From a virus: 64,000 bases of DNA. Made by a program: the position numbers and the translations under genes. Positions within the stretch are counted from its first letter, which is position 1. Each line of letters begins with the position of its first letter. The notes beneath the pieces were generated by a model, which was not told the DNA's origin, did no database searches, and saw only the letters and a list, made by a program, of their open reading frames with translations. Shown in pieces: positions 26,592 to 35,006 of the stretch. The stretch spans positions 21,554 through 85,553 of IMG/VR virus record IMGVR_UViG_3300044974_000700; one strand, given 5' to 3'.

Positions 26592-28669
26592 TATATCCTC
26601 CTAATCATGGCTGCTGCCACGATATTACTTGCAATAATTACTGGCACAATTACTTCTTGTGCCTTTTCTCTTTGGTCATCTGTCATATCTTTACCCCACT
26701 CTGAAGGGCTTAGAACTTTACTTAAATCTATATCTAATACTGCCCCTATTGGATCCTCTAAAAATGCTTCTGTTTGAACCTCAGTTGTAGCATCAGCTAA
26801 AGTATAGGGCATTGTTGCATTTTCTGCTGCCGCCTCTCTATCTTTAAATTCTACAAATGCTGTTGCTAATTCTGGATTAGATTTCATAGCCTCAGCAATT
26901 ACCGCAACTTCTGATGCTTTAATTCCTAAACCTTGTGCTACTTCTACTTTTGCTTCTTGAGTTAACGCAACAAGAGTTTGGCTGACTGCAGCAATTTGTT
27001 CTGTAGACAATACAACTAGTTTATTATCTTTGCTTGTTAAATTAGCTATAACCCCAGAGAGATCTTCTGCAGTACCTGTCCCTTTTTCTGGAATTAATTC
27101 TTTTAATTCTTCATCAATTATGATATTATTATCTTGTGATTCTTCAAAAGGTTCAGTCGGAGTTGGCTTTGGTTCAGGAGTTGGCTCTGGATCTATATCC
27201 GTTGGCTGAGGTGAAGGCTCTAATGAGGGCTCAGGAGTGGGCTCAGGGTCAACAGTTGGTTCTGGCTTCGGTTCATCTGTGGTTTCAGGCGTTGGCTCAG
27301 GAGTGGGACCAACTGGTTCTGTTTGCTCAGGAGATGGCTCAGGACTAGGACTAGGTTCTGGTGATGGCTCTGGTTCTGGACTAGGTTCTGGTGATGGCTC
27401 TGGTTCTGGACTTGCAGCAGGTGTTGGTTGATTTGCTGCAGCGGCAGCAGCTTGTGCTAAGGCAATAGCAATTTCCCTAGCCATTTGCTCTTCATAATAT
27501 AACCATGCATTATCTATTGCATCATTTAAATCAATAATTGATTGATCATAGGCTTCAATATAATTATTTTTATCAATTAAAGCATTTGCTGTATTTGTTA
27601 CAGCAGTATCATATGCAGTAATCTTATTTGTTAATGTTTGATTATATGTAGTTAATGTAGAGTTTTCTGTATTGTATATGGAAAGCTTGTTATTATACTC
27701 TGTTTGTGCCGCCGATTGTGCGGTTACTGCTGCATTGTATGCATCAATTTGTGACTGTGTTGCACCTACACCATAAGAAAATGTATTTAAATTACAACTA
27801 AATCCTACACCCCAGCCTCCAGTATAGTCACATCCTGCTCCAGTCCACCCACCAGGGATTGCCCATCCAAGATGAAAGTAGCCTGGTCCTCCGCCGTTAT
27901 ACCACCAAATTTCTACATCTAATGTTTTGTCTTGGCTTACGTTATAAACTGGAGAATATTCACTCCATGATGATCCTTTTTCTACCCATTCATCAATTGC
28001 AAGTTGTCCGTCTATATACATTCTAAATCCATCATCTGTATACCCAGCAAAGTAGGTGGTGGTCCAATGAGAAGGGACCGTAATCTTTCCAGTAAATTTA
28101 ACTATAAAGTCTTCATATCTACCGCATACTGGTGGCTGCATTGAATTTGAATTCCAGACTCCAGTACATAGAACACCGCTTGGAATTGCAACTCCGCCAA
28201 ACCCTCTTGTAAGATAATATACTGTATATTGTAACCCAGAATTACCAGCATTTTGAACTGTTAATTGAGTTGTTTGAACATTAAGATTTGCTATATCTAA
28301 CGCATCTTGTGCGTCATTTTTATTTTCTAGTGCCGTAGCAACTGTAACAGTATGTCCATCTACCGCTGATTGAGCTAAATTCTTTTCTTCTAATGCTGTT
28401 GCCTCTGCTGCTACCGCCACATCATATGCATCATAGGCATCATCTCTAGCCTCTTTTGCAGCTACTGCATCATCATATTTGTCTTCTGCAATATCTATTA
28501 ATGATATAAATTCGTCCTTATAATTTAAATCAGATACGCTTTCGTTTAATTTTTGTATTTCTTGGGCGGCTAAACTTAATGGGTCATCACTATAAGCAGG
28601 TGTTAAGAACAGCCAACCAAAGCCTAAAATGGCGGCTAATGATAATCTCCATAATTTAGTCCTAGTCAA
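26591..28669 (-). CDS. secreted PA14-domain protein with Pro/Glu/Thr linker and C-terminal membrane anchor
   Basis: signal peptide; [24 protein letters not shown]; PEPSPE repeats. Confidence 0.8.
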   Translation of the reverse strand: MTRTKLWRLSLAAILGFGWLFLTPAYSDDPLSLAAQEIQKLNESVSDLNYKDEFISLIDIAEDKYDDAVAAKEARDDAYDAYDVAVAAEATALEEKNLAQSAVDGHTVTVATALENKNDAQDALDIANLNVQTTQLTVQNAGNSGLQYTVYYLTRGFGGVAIPSGVLCTGVWNSNSMQPPVCGRYEDFIVKFTGKITVPSHWTTTYFAGYTDDGFRMYIDGQLAIDEWVEKGSSWSEYSPVYNVSQDKTLDVEIWWYNGGGPGYFHLGWAIPGGWTGAGCDYTGGWGVGFSCNLNTFSYGVGATQSQIDAYNAAVTAQSAAQTEYNNKLSIYNTENSTLTTYNQTLTNKITAYDTAVTNTANALIDKNNYIEAYDQSIIDLNDAIDNAWLYYEEQMAREIAIALAQAAAAAANQPTPAASPEPEPSPEPSPEPEPSPEPSPSPEPSPEQTEPVGPTPEPTPETTDEPKPEPTVDPEPTPEPSLEPSPQPTDIDPEPTPEPKPTPTEPFEESQDNNIIIDEELKELIPEKGTGTAEDLSGVIANLTSKDNKLVVLSTEQIAAVSQTLVALTQEAKVEVAQGLGIKASEVAVIAEAMKSNPELATAFVEFKDREAAAENATMPYTLADATTEVQTEAFLEDPIGAVLDIDLSKVLSPSEWGKDMTDDQREKAQEVIVPVIIASNIVAAAMIRRI
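27348..27412. repeat. 30-bp tandem duplication in Pro-rich linker
   Basis: GGACTAGGTTCTGGTGATGGCTCTGGTTCT x2. Confidence 0.8.
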
Positions 28670-28720
28670 CTAGATAACTCCTTGTTATAACTTTTATAAC
28701 AAGTTAATTATACCATTGAG

Positions 28721-28903
28721 CTATTTACGATTATCTGTACTGTAGAATCCTGAACCTTTTAGATTGATACCAAATGTTCCAAAAACTTTATTCATTCTGC
28801 TACCACACTTTTCACAAATCTCTAGCGAGTCAGCTTGATCAAATGTTTTTGTTACTTCTATATTGAAATCACATTCAATACATGCGTATTCATATCTTGG
28901 CAT
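28721..28903 (-). CDS. FmdB-family zinc ribbon protein
   Basis: MPRYEYAC..C...C..CG...KGSGFYSTD. Confidence 0.85.
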   Translation of the reverse strand: MPRYEYACIECDFNIEVTKTFDQADSLEICEKCGSRMNKVFGTFGINLKGSGFYSTDNRK

Positions 28904-28965
28904 TTCTTCTCCTAATTTTAATGAGCAGTTTACAAGGTCATGCTCAGGACCATAAATCAAATTAT

Positions 28966-29382
28966 TTATTTGATCTTGATGGTTTTTGGCTTCTTCTCTT
29001 CGGGAATGTTGCGTTCCACAAAGATGTCAAGAATACCGTCTGCCATTTCAGCACGATCCACCTCCATATACTCTCCAAGAGCAAAGGTGCGTGTGAACTT
29101 TCTGGTTGCGATACCCTTATGAAGAATCTGATTTTCTGACTCTTCGGTTTTCTCACCCTTAACAATTAAACTTCCATTGTCTACAGAAACACTTACTTCG
29201 TCCTTGCTGAAACCAGCAATGGCAAGTGATAACTGATAGGTATCCTCGTCAATCTTTACCAAATTATATGGCGGATAAGATTGATGATTAGCCTCACGAT
29301 AGACATTAGAAAGACGGGTTAGATTATCAAACCCGATAAAAAAAGGATCTCTAAAAAGATCCATGGCAAATTGAGTTACCAT
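28966..29382 (-). CDS. small heat shock protein Hsp20
   Basis: YPPYN, AIAGF, HKGIATRKF.R.F.L, DGIL, IPEEKKPK.I.I. Confidence 0.92.
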   Translation of the reverse strand: MVTQFAMDLFRDPFFIGFDNLTRLSNVYREANHQSYPPYNLVKIDEDTYQLSLAIAGFSKDEVSVSVDNGSLIVKGEKTEESENQILHKGIATRKFTRTFALGEYMEVDRAEMADGILDIFVERNIPEEKKPKTIKIK

Positions 29383-29431
29383 TATTCCTCCTTTAAGCGA
29401 ATAAGTTATTAGAGCCCCATTTGGCGGCTCT
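29380..29431 (-). promoter_or_regulatory. ROSE-like RNA thermometer 5' UTR of hsp20
   Basis: hairpin GAGCC..GGCTC then UUAUUCGCUU pairing with GAGGAAUAA (SD); TGATATAAT promoter at 29437-29445. Confidence 0.5.
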
Positions 29432-30851
29432 AAGATATTATATCAAATTTATATAAGTTTTGCCAGTCACTTATATCTTTTTTATCATTTAATAAAGGCT
29501 GTCCTTTTATATTTAAACTAGTATTTAATAATATTGGAACTCCAGTTAGGGAATTCCAATTGTTTAAAACTTCATATAGTCCTGGATGTTGTTTTTTATT
29601 AACAGTTTGTACTCTTGATGTTCCGTCTGCGTGAACAACAGAAGGAATTTCGTTTGGCCTTAAGCATTTAACTGTATATTGCATATATGGAGAAGGAAAA
29701 TCCATGTCAAACCATTTGGAGGCATGCTATTCCATAATTACTGGGGCAAATGGTCTAAATAATTCTCTTTGTTTAATTAAATTAACTTTGTCTTTTATAT
29801 TTGGATCACGTGGATCTGCAAAAATACTTCTATTGCCCAAAGCCCTGGGACCGTACTCTGCTCTGCCAGTTGCTACTGCAACTATTTTATTACTTATTAG
29901 TCCTGTAACAATTTCTGAAACTGGATAAGTTCCTCCTAAATCATATCCAATGTATGGAGTTTCCCAATTTAAATGTTTACCATACAATGCAGCTGCTGCG
30001 CCTAAAGAACTTCCAGCGTCTCCAGGATTGGGCATTATCCAAATATTATCAAAAATTTTCCATAGGTAGGTATTTGCTGATGAGTTTAGGGCACATCCAC
30101 CCATAAAAACTAAATTGTTTTTACCTGTTATAGCTTTAGCGCTATGCATAAACTCCATGAGGTTACTCTGATAAACTACTTGAACTGCTGCTGCAATATC
30201 AAATTTATCTTGTTCAGAAATCTTCATGCCCCAATCGTTAATCCCTGTATGAAAATTATATTTTTGTTTATTAGGAGATGGGAAATATTCAAGAACTTCT
30301 TTTAAATATCTATTTGGATCTCCATACGCTGCCATACCCATCATAATATATTCTTCTTGATTCGGCACCAATCCAATTAATTTAGTAAAAGCTGAGTAAA
30401 AAAGTCCAAAACTAACTGGGTAATTTTGCTTATATTTTAATTTAATTTTTTCGCCTTCACCAACCCATATAGTAGAAGTGTTATACTCTCCTATCGCATC
30501 TAATATTACAATCACAGCATCTGTAAAATTGCTTGTGTAATAGCCAGCTGCTGCATGCGAATAATGATGTTTAAAATAATGTACTGGTAAATCCAAAGGT
30601 ATATTTGGTTTCCAATCGCCAGCCCCGCCTTTCAAAATTATTCTAGACCTCTTAAGCTGCGGCTTTTCATAATAAGCTATGTGTGTAGGGTACCCATAGC
30701 TTAATGCATCTGCAAGAATTTCATCATTGTTATACCAATCGTTTTTTTGTTTGCTATACCTTTCGGAATGGGCAGCAAATAGTATTTCCCCATCTTTTAT
30801 TAAAGACATGGATGCATCATGTGATGTTTCATTAATCCCTAGTATGATCAT
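29430..30851 (-). pseudogene. NodU/CmcH/TobZ-type carbamoyltransferase interrupted by an in-frame TAG at 29727-29729 (pseudogene, read-through or sequence error)
   Basis: HDAS, HHYSHAA, GGCALN, PGDAG, GPRALGNRS, RPFAP, then *HASKWFD in frame to HADGTSRVQTV, NTSLN. Confidence 0.75.
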
Positions 30852-30937
30852 CAGTATGTAAAATCTTTTTTATTTTTTTTATTTATTTTTAATATCTTAA
30901 TTAATTTATAAAGATAATATTGTATTTTAATTTTCAT
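30851..30937 (-). CDS. Lys-rich micropeptide (28 aa) ending NKKDFTY
   Basis: manual translation; TGATG coupling to carbamoyltransferase. Confidence 0.5.
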   Translation of the reverse strand: MKIKIQYYLYKLIKILKINKKNKKDFTY

Positions 30938-31880
30938 TATATCCCGCTTCCTCTTTATATTTTTTATAAATAAAATCTGCCCAAAACGCATGTGGAGCAA
31001 TTCCTAAATGACTTCCATCCCTTGAGATTTGCAAAAATTGTTTATTTTTGCCCTGATAATTTTTTATAAAATCTTCACAAAATTTTATAAGATTTTCTTT
31101 TTCCCAAACATGAAATGTTTTAAATTGTTTTATTTTTGAAAAATCAAAAAATAAAGATTTTTCATCAATCTCTTTTTTCATTGCTTGCCAAGTAAATGAA
31201 TATATTTTTATATTGTTTGTTTTGCAATAAGAATATACTTGATAGTATGCTATATAATTAGCTAATTCATTTAGGTCTATGTGGTAGGAGGGATGTTTCT
31301 TTTTTGTTACTTCTGTATACATTTCATTAATAGCTGAATCTATGTTTCCATTTCTTGAACTGCTTTTTGGCATTTGTATTAAATCATTTGATGCAAAATT
31401 TGAATAGCCTCGACTGGTTGGTGGCATCAACCAAAAAAGAATTTCTGGGTGTCCAAATTTTTCAAAATATTTTAAAATCATAAATGATTGTTCATGTATA
31501 GATGTATTAGGAAATCCTATATTAAAAAATCCTGAAATTTTTTCTTCTTCACAAATTTTTTTATAAACATTGTATGCCCATATTTCCTCTAGTGTCATAC
31601 CAGAGCCGTGTGTATAAGAGCATCCTGCAAATAATATATGTTTAGAATCATGTTGTTTTTTAAATGGATCAGATGTAAAACCATAGCTGTTTATACACGG
31701 GTTATTTATGCAACAACACTGATCTATATAATTGACAGCCTTTTTAGTTTTAGGATCTGGATTTTTAAGATTGCATCCATTTTTGTTTTCCTTGCATGCG
31801 CCTTGATGATAACATTTTTCAACAAATGTAATATTTTCTTTTTCATTAAATAACATTTCTAAAATAAATGGGTTTGTCAT
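30927..31880 (-). CDS. SGNH-hydrolase-like protein
   Basis: FAGCSYTHG, N.G, DGSHLG...H. Confidence 0.65.
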   Translation of the reverse strand: MTNPFILEMLFNEKENITFVEKCYHQGACKENKNGCNLKNPDPKTKKAVNYIDQCCCINNPCINSYGFTSDPFKKQHDSKHILFAGCSYTHGSGMTLEEIWAYNVYKKICEEEKISGFFNIGFPNTSIHEQSFMILKYFEKFGHPEILFWLMPPTSRGYSNFASNDLIQMPKSSSRNGNIDSAINEMYTEVTKKKHPSYHIDLNELANYIAYYQVYSYCKTNNIKIYSFTWQAMKKEIDEKSLFFDFSKIKQFKTFHVWEKENLIKFCEDFIKNYQGKNKQFLQISRDGSHLGIAPHAFWADFIYKKYKEEAGYNEN

Positions 31881-31884
31881 TTTA

Positions 31885-32685
31885 CTATTCCTCTTTTATG
31901 TATTGCTCTATAGAATCTGATATATGTATATGGTCATGATAAGACCAATGCCCTGGCCTGTCTTTATTTTCATAATCAGCAGCACAATTAAAATATTTTT
32001 TATCAGAAAATTCAATATGACAATTTTTTCTTACAATTTCTATAGGGAAATAACTTTTAGAATGTCTCATCATAATATCTTTTAAAGGATATTCATTATA
32101 TTCTTTATGCCAAATATTATACAAAAATTTTATATTATTTGAAATACAATACTGTTCTAAAATATTTATAAAAGTATGTGTATAAAACGTGGCCATTTCT
32201 TTTAACATTATGTCTTCTATTTTATACGGAGCTTTTGATATTTTTTCAAAATTTTCATTTACATCAATCATTGCAACTTTTGTTGTAGAAGTGTTTTCAT
32301 CCCCGTGAGACCAAAACTTTTCTACTATTGGAAATTCAATTCTATAAGCTGGAAAAACACCTATTACAATTTTAGGATTTCCATATCTCTTAAAATATTC
32401 AAAAGCTTTTGTTACCTGACCCTGTGCACTATCTCCTGGCAATGATATATTTGTTACAGAAATATTATTGTTTTTAGCAAAAATTTCTGGCCAAGTTTGA
32501 TCTATGTTTACGCCCCATCCAAAAGTTTGCGAACATCCTAAAGCCAAAAGATCTTCGTTGTTTTTAAAATTTTTTGTTCTATATCCATCTTCATTTAAAC
32601 TATAATCAATATTATGATTATTAGGTATTAGATTTTGATAAGACATTTGTTTTAATGTTCTTCTAAGAAACAAACTATTAATCAT
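31885..32685 (-). CDS. SGNH-hydrolase-like protein
   Basis: LNEDGYR, LGCSQTFGWG, NISLPG.S, D...H. Confidence 0.65.
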   Translation of the reverse strand: MINSLFLRRTLKQMSYQNLIPNNHNIDYSLNEDGYRTKNFKNNEDLLALGCSQTFGWGVNIDQTWPEIFAKNNNISVTNISLPGDSAQGQVTKAFEYFKRYGNPKIVIGVFPAYRIEFPIVEKFWSHGDENTSTTKVAMIDVNENFEKISKAPYKIEDIMLKEMATFYTHTFINILEQYCISNNIKFLYNIWHKEYNEYPLKDIMMRHSKSYFPIEIVRKNCHIEFSDKKYFNCAADYENKDRPGHWSYHDHIHISDSIEQYIKEE

Positions 32686-32695
32686 AATAATCTTT

Positions 32696-32785
32696 CTAAT
32701 AAATAAAATCTTTTTTATTATTTAAAGATTTATAAATTTTTTTATATTTAATTTTAAAATATATTTTTTTTATTAATTTAATCAT
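32696..32785 (-). CDS. Lys-rich micropeptide (29 aa) ending NKKDFIY, leaderless
   Basis: TGATATAAT-N5-ATG; paralog of 30851-30937. Confidence 0.5.
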   Translation of the reverse strand: MIKLIKKIYFKIKYKKIYKSLNNKKDFIY

Positions 32786-32803
32786 AATACATTATATCAT
32801 TTG

Positions 32804-32876
32804 TGCCCCTGGTTGGATTCGAACCAACGCTTTTACGATTTTAAGTCGTATGCCTCTGCCACTGGGCTACAAGGGC
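32804..32876 (-). tRNA. tRNA-Leu(UAA), short variable loop
   Basis: cloverleaf, anticodon loop CT-TAA-AA, GGTTCGAATCC. Confidence 0.85.
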
Positions 32877-32877
32877 G

Positions 32878-32950
32878 TGTCCCCAGTAGGTATCGAACCT
32901 ACGACCCACAGATTAAAAGTCTGTTGCTCTACCAACTGAGCTATAGGGAC
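32878..32950 (-). tRNA. tRNA-Lys(UUU)
   Basis: ACAGA-CT-TTT-AA-TCTGT. Confidence 0.92.
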
Positions 32951-32955
32951 TTGTG

Positions 32956-33028
32956 AGCCCCCCAACAGAATCGAACTGTCAACCTACGCATTACAAGTGC
33001 GTTGCTCTACCTATTGAGCTAAGGAGGC
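32956..33028 (-). tRNA. tRNA-Thr(UGU)
   Basis: ACGCA-CT-TGT-AA-TGCGT. Confidence 0.92.
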
Positions 33029-33032
33029 TAAG

Positions 33033-33106
33033 CGATCCATAACGGACTTGAACCGTCGACCTCTACCGTGACAGGGTAGCGCTCTAACCAACTGAGCTAA
33101 TGGACC
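33033..33106 (-). tRNA. tRNA-Asp(GUC)
   Basis: CTACC-CT-GTC-AC-GGTAG. Confidence 0.92.
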
Positions 33107-33112
33107 ACTTGA

Positions 33113-33625
33113 CTAAGAATTTAAAATTTTAGCCAATGCGTTCACTGTAGCAGCAATTCTTCCAATGTCTCTTAATTGCTCTACTGTAAACCCTTCTTGC
33201 TTTAATGTCTCATAATGTGCTTTTACACAAAAATGACATTTACCAATAATTGAGGATGCTAGTGAGTAAGCTTCAAAGTTGGCTTTTGTTGTTCCTCCGT
33301 GTGACGTTATGGCATTCATTCTTAACTGTGCAGGCAAACCCTTTAAATTAGAATCGTCTGCCATTTCAATGTATGGATACCACACATTGTTTTGTGCCAT
33401 GATAGCACCAGCTGTCATTGCGGCATTTTTTTCTACTTCATTTGTAGAGCTTGCAGCAATAAAAGCAATAAGTTTTCCATTGCCAGTAGCAAAGGAAGCT
33501 GCCAGAGCTAGGTGGGTTGCTAGCTCTGGGTCAACTGTACTGCGATTAATGACAGCATCAAGATTTAATTTTATATCTTTTGCATACTCTGGTAAAGATT
33601 CCTTTAGCTGCTCAACCCAAGACAT
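33113..33625 (-). CDS. ahpD: alkylhydroperoxidase AhpD
   Basis: LPEYAKDIKLNL, MAQNNVWY, AQLRMN, CHFCVKAH. Confidence 0.92.
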   Translation of the reverse strand: MSWVEQLKESLPEYAKDIKLNLDAVINRSTVDPELATHLALAASFATGNGKLIAFIAASSTNEVEKNAAMTAGAIMAQNNVWYPYIEMADDSNLKGLPAQLRMNAITSHGGTTKANFEAYSLASSIIGKCHFCVKAHYETLKQEGFTVEQLRDIGRIAATVNALAKILNS

Positions 33626-34161
33626 TATAGAGTTTCTCCTCCGAGAGGCCTATTGCATGCACAAAGTTCTCCCGTTTGAAGAGCATCAAGAACACGTAGT
33701 GCTTCATCTGCATTTCTACCGACATCTAAATTATTACATGTAACATGCTGAATAATATTATCTGGGTCAACAATAAATGTTGCACGGTAAGTAACACCAG
33801 AGGAATGATGTATGCCAAGATCACTTGCCAATTGATGTGCAGTATCTGCAAACGACCAAGAATTTGTTTTCTTAAGATCCTCATGAGCATTTCTCCATGC
33901 TATCTTACAGAATTCGTTATCTACAGACCCAGTCATTAGAACTGCATCCCTATCATTAAAATCATTAACCAAAGCATCGTATGCGACAATTTCTGTCGGG
34001 CATACAAATGTAAAATCTTTTGGATAAAATGCAATAACTTTCCATTTACCTGGAAAAGAATCTTGCGTAATTACTTCAAATGAGGAATCGTCATAAGACA
34101 AAGCCCCAGGCTTAACTCCAGTAACAGCAAAGTTACCAAGTTTTTCTCCTACAGTTTTCAT
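33625..34161 (-). CDS. ahpC: peroxiredoxin AhpC
   Basis: FYPKDFTFVCPTE, GRN..E.LRVLDALQTGELCAC. Confidence 0.93.
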   Translation of the reverse strand: MKTVGEKLGNFAVTGVKPGALSYDDSSFEVITQDSFPGKWKVIAFYPKDFTFVCPTEIVAYDALVNDFNDRDAVLMTGSVDNEFCKIAWRNAHEDLKKTNSWSFADTAHQLASDLGIHHSSGVTYRATFIVDPDNIIQHVTCNNLDVGRNADEALRVLDALQTGELCACNRPLGGETL

Positions 34162-34194
34162 ATTTCTCCTTATATATAAGTGGGTTTATTCCCG

Positions 34195-34267
34195 CTGGAC
34201 CACCAGGGCTCGAACCTGGGACATCAGAGTTAACAGCTCTGCGCTCTGCCGACTGAGCTATGGTCCA
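34195..34267 (-). tRNA. tRNA-Asn(GUU)
   Basis: CAGAG-CT-GTT-AA-CTCTG. Confidence 0.92.
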
Positions 34268-34278
34268 AAATTACAATG

Positions 34279-34351
34279 CGCCCCTGAAAGGAATCGAACC
34301 TCTGACGCAGGCCTTAGAAGAGCCTCGCTCTATCCGCTGAGCTACAAGGGC
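34279..34351 (-). tRNA. tRNA-Arg(UCU)
   Basis: AGGCT-CT-TCT-AA-GGCCT. Confidence 0.9.
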
Positions 34352-34662
34352 TAAAATTCTTGGTCTTCTAAAGGTATTATTCCTTTTTCTACTGCTATAT
34401 CGTATCCTTCTTTTGAAAAATGCATTGTTGCTTGAAGATTTTCATCATACTCTACATTCATCAAACCATCTTCAAATAACTCTGCTAAATTACTGTCAAC
34501 ATATTCCATATGGGATTCCCATAATTCTGGAGCAAGTTCTTTTGTTATATCTTCTCTTAATTCAAATACAGCTTCGCCCTCATCATTATAGCCAGCTAAT
34601 CTTATTGCACCAATATCTATGTAGTATTGTATTTTTTTTAGAGCTTCTTCTTCTTCCACCAT
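34351..34662 (-). CDS. hypothetical protein
   Basis: AAAGGAG RBS. Confidence 0.7.
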   Translation of the reverse strand: MVEEEEALKKIQYYIDIGAIRLAGYNDEGEAVFELREDITKELAPELWESHMEYVDSNLAELFEDGLMNVEYDENLQATMHFSKEGYDIAVEKGIIPLEDQEF

Positions 34663-34671
34663 ACTCCTTTG

Positions 34672-34745
34672 TGCACCAGGTAGGACTTGAACCTACGACT
34701 ACCCGATTATGAGTCGGGGGCTCTAACCAACTAAGCTACTGGTGC
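34672..34745 (-). tRNA. tRNA-Met/Ile2(CAU)
   Basis: CCCGA-CT-CAT-AA-TCGGG. Confidence 0.88.
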
Positions 34746-34757
34746 CTAGTTGATTAA

Positions 34758-35006
34758 TTATATATTTTCTATATCTTTTTTGTCAATAGACTGTTCAACT
34801 ATTTGTTGAACGTAATCTGAAAAATGTTTTCTTATATTTCCTGGGGGCCTATAACCTATCTCATTCCATATTCTTTTATATTCTGATATATTATCAAATG
34901 TAGTGGGGCAAACTTTTATTCCATTAAATTCTTTTAATCTAACTGGAAGAGGTACGTGCTTTCCACAACATTTGCATTCTTTAGCTTTATCTTGATATAT
35001 GCTCAT
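34758..35006 (-). CDS. hypothetical protein
   Basis: ATGA overlap with terL; CKCC..CPT. Confidence 0.65.
   Translation of the reverse strand: MSIYQDKAKECKCCGKHVPLPVRLKEFNGIKVCPTTFDNISEYKRIWNEIGYRPPGNIRKHFSDYVQQIVEQSIDKKDIENI

Noticed and set aside
34279-34351. tRNA loop containing CTA as a possible amber suppressor
   Set aside because: Stem AGGCT/GGCCT frames the loop CT-TCT-AA, so the anticodon is UCU (Arg).
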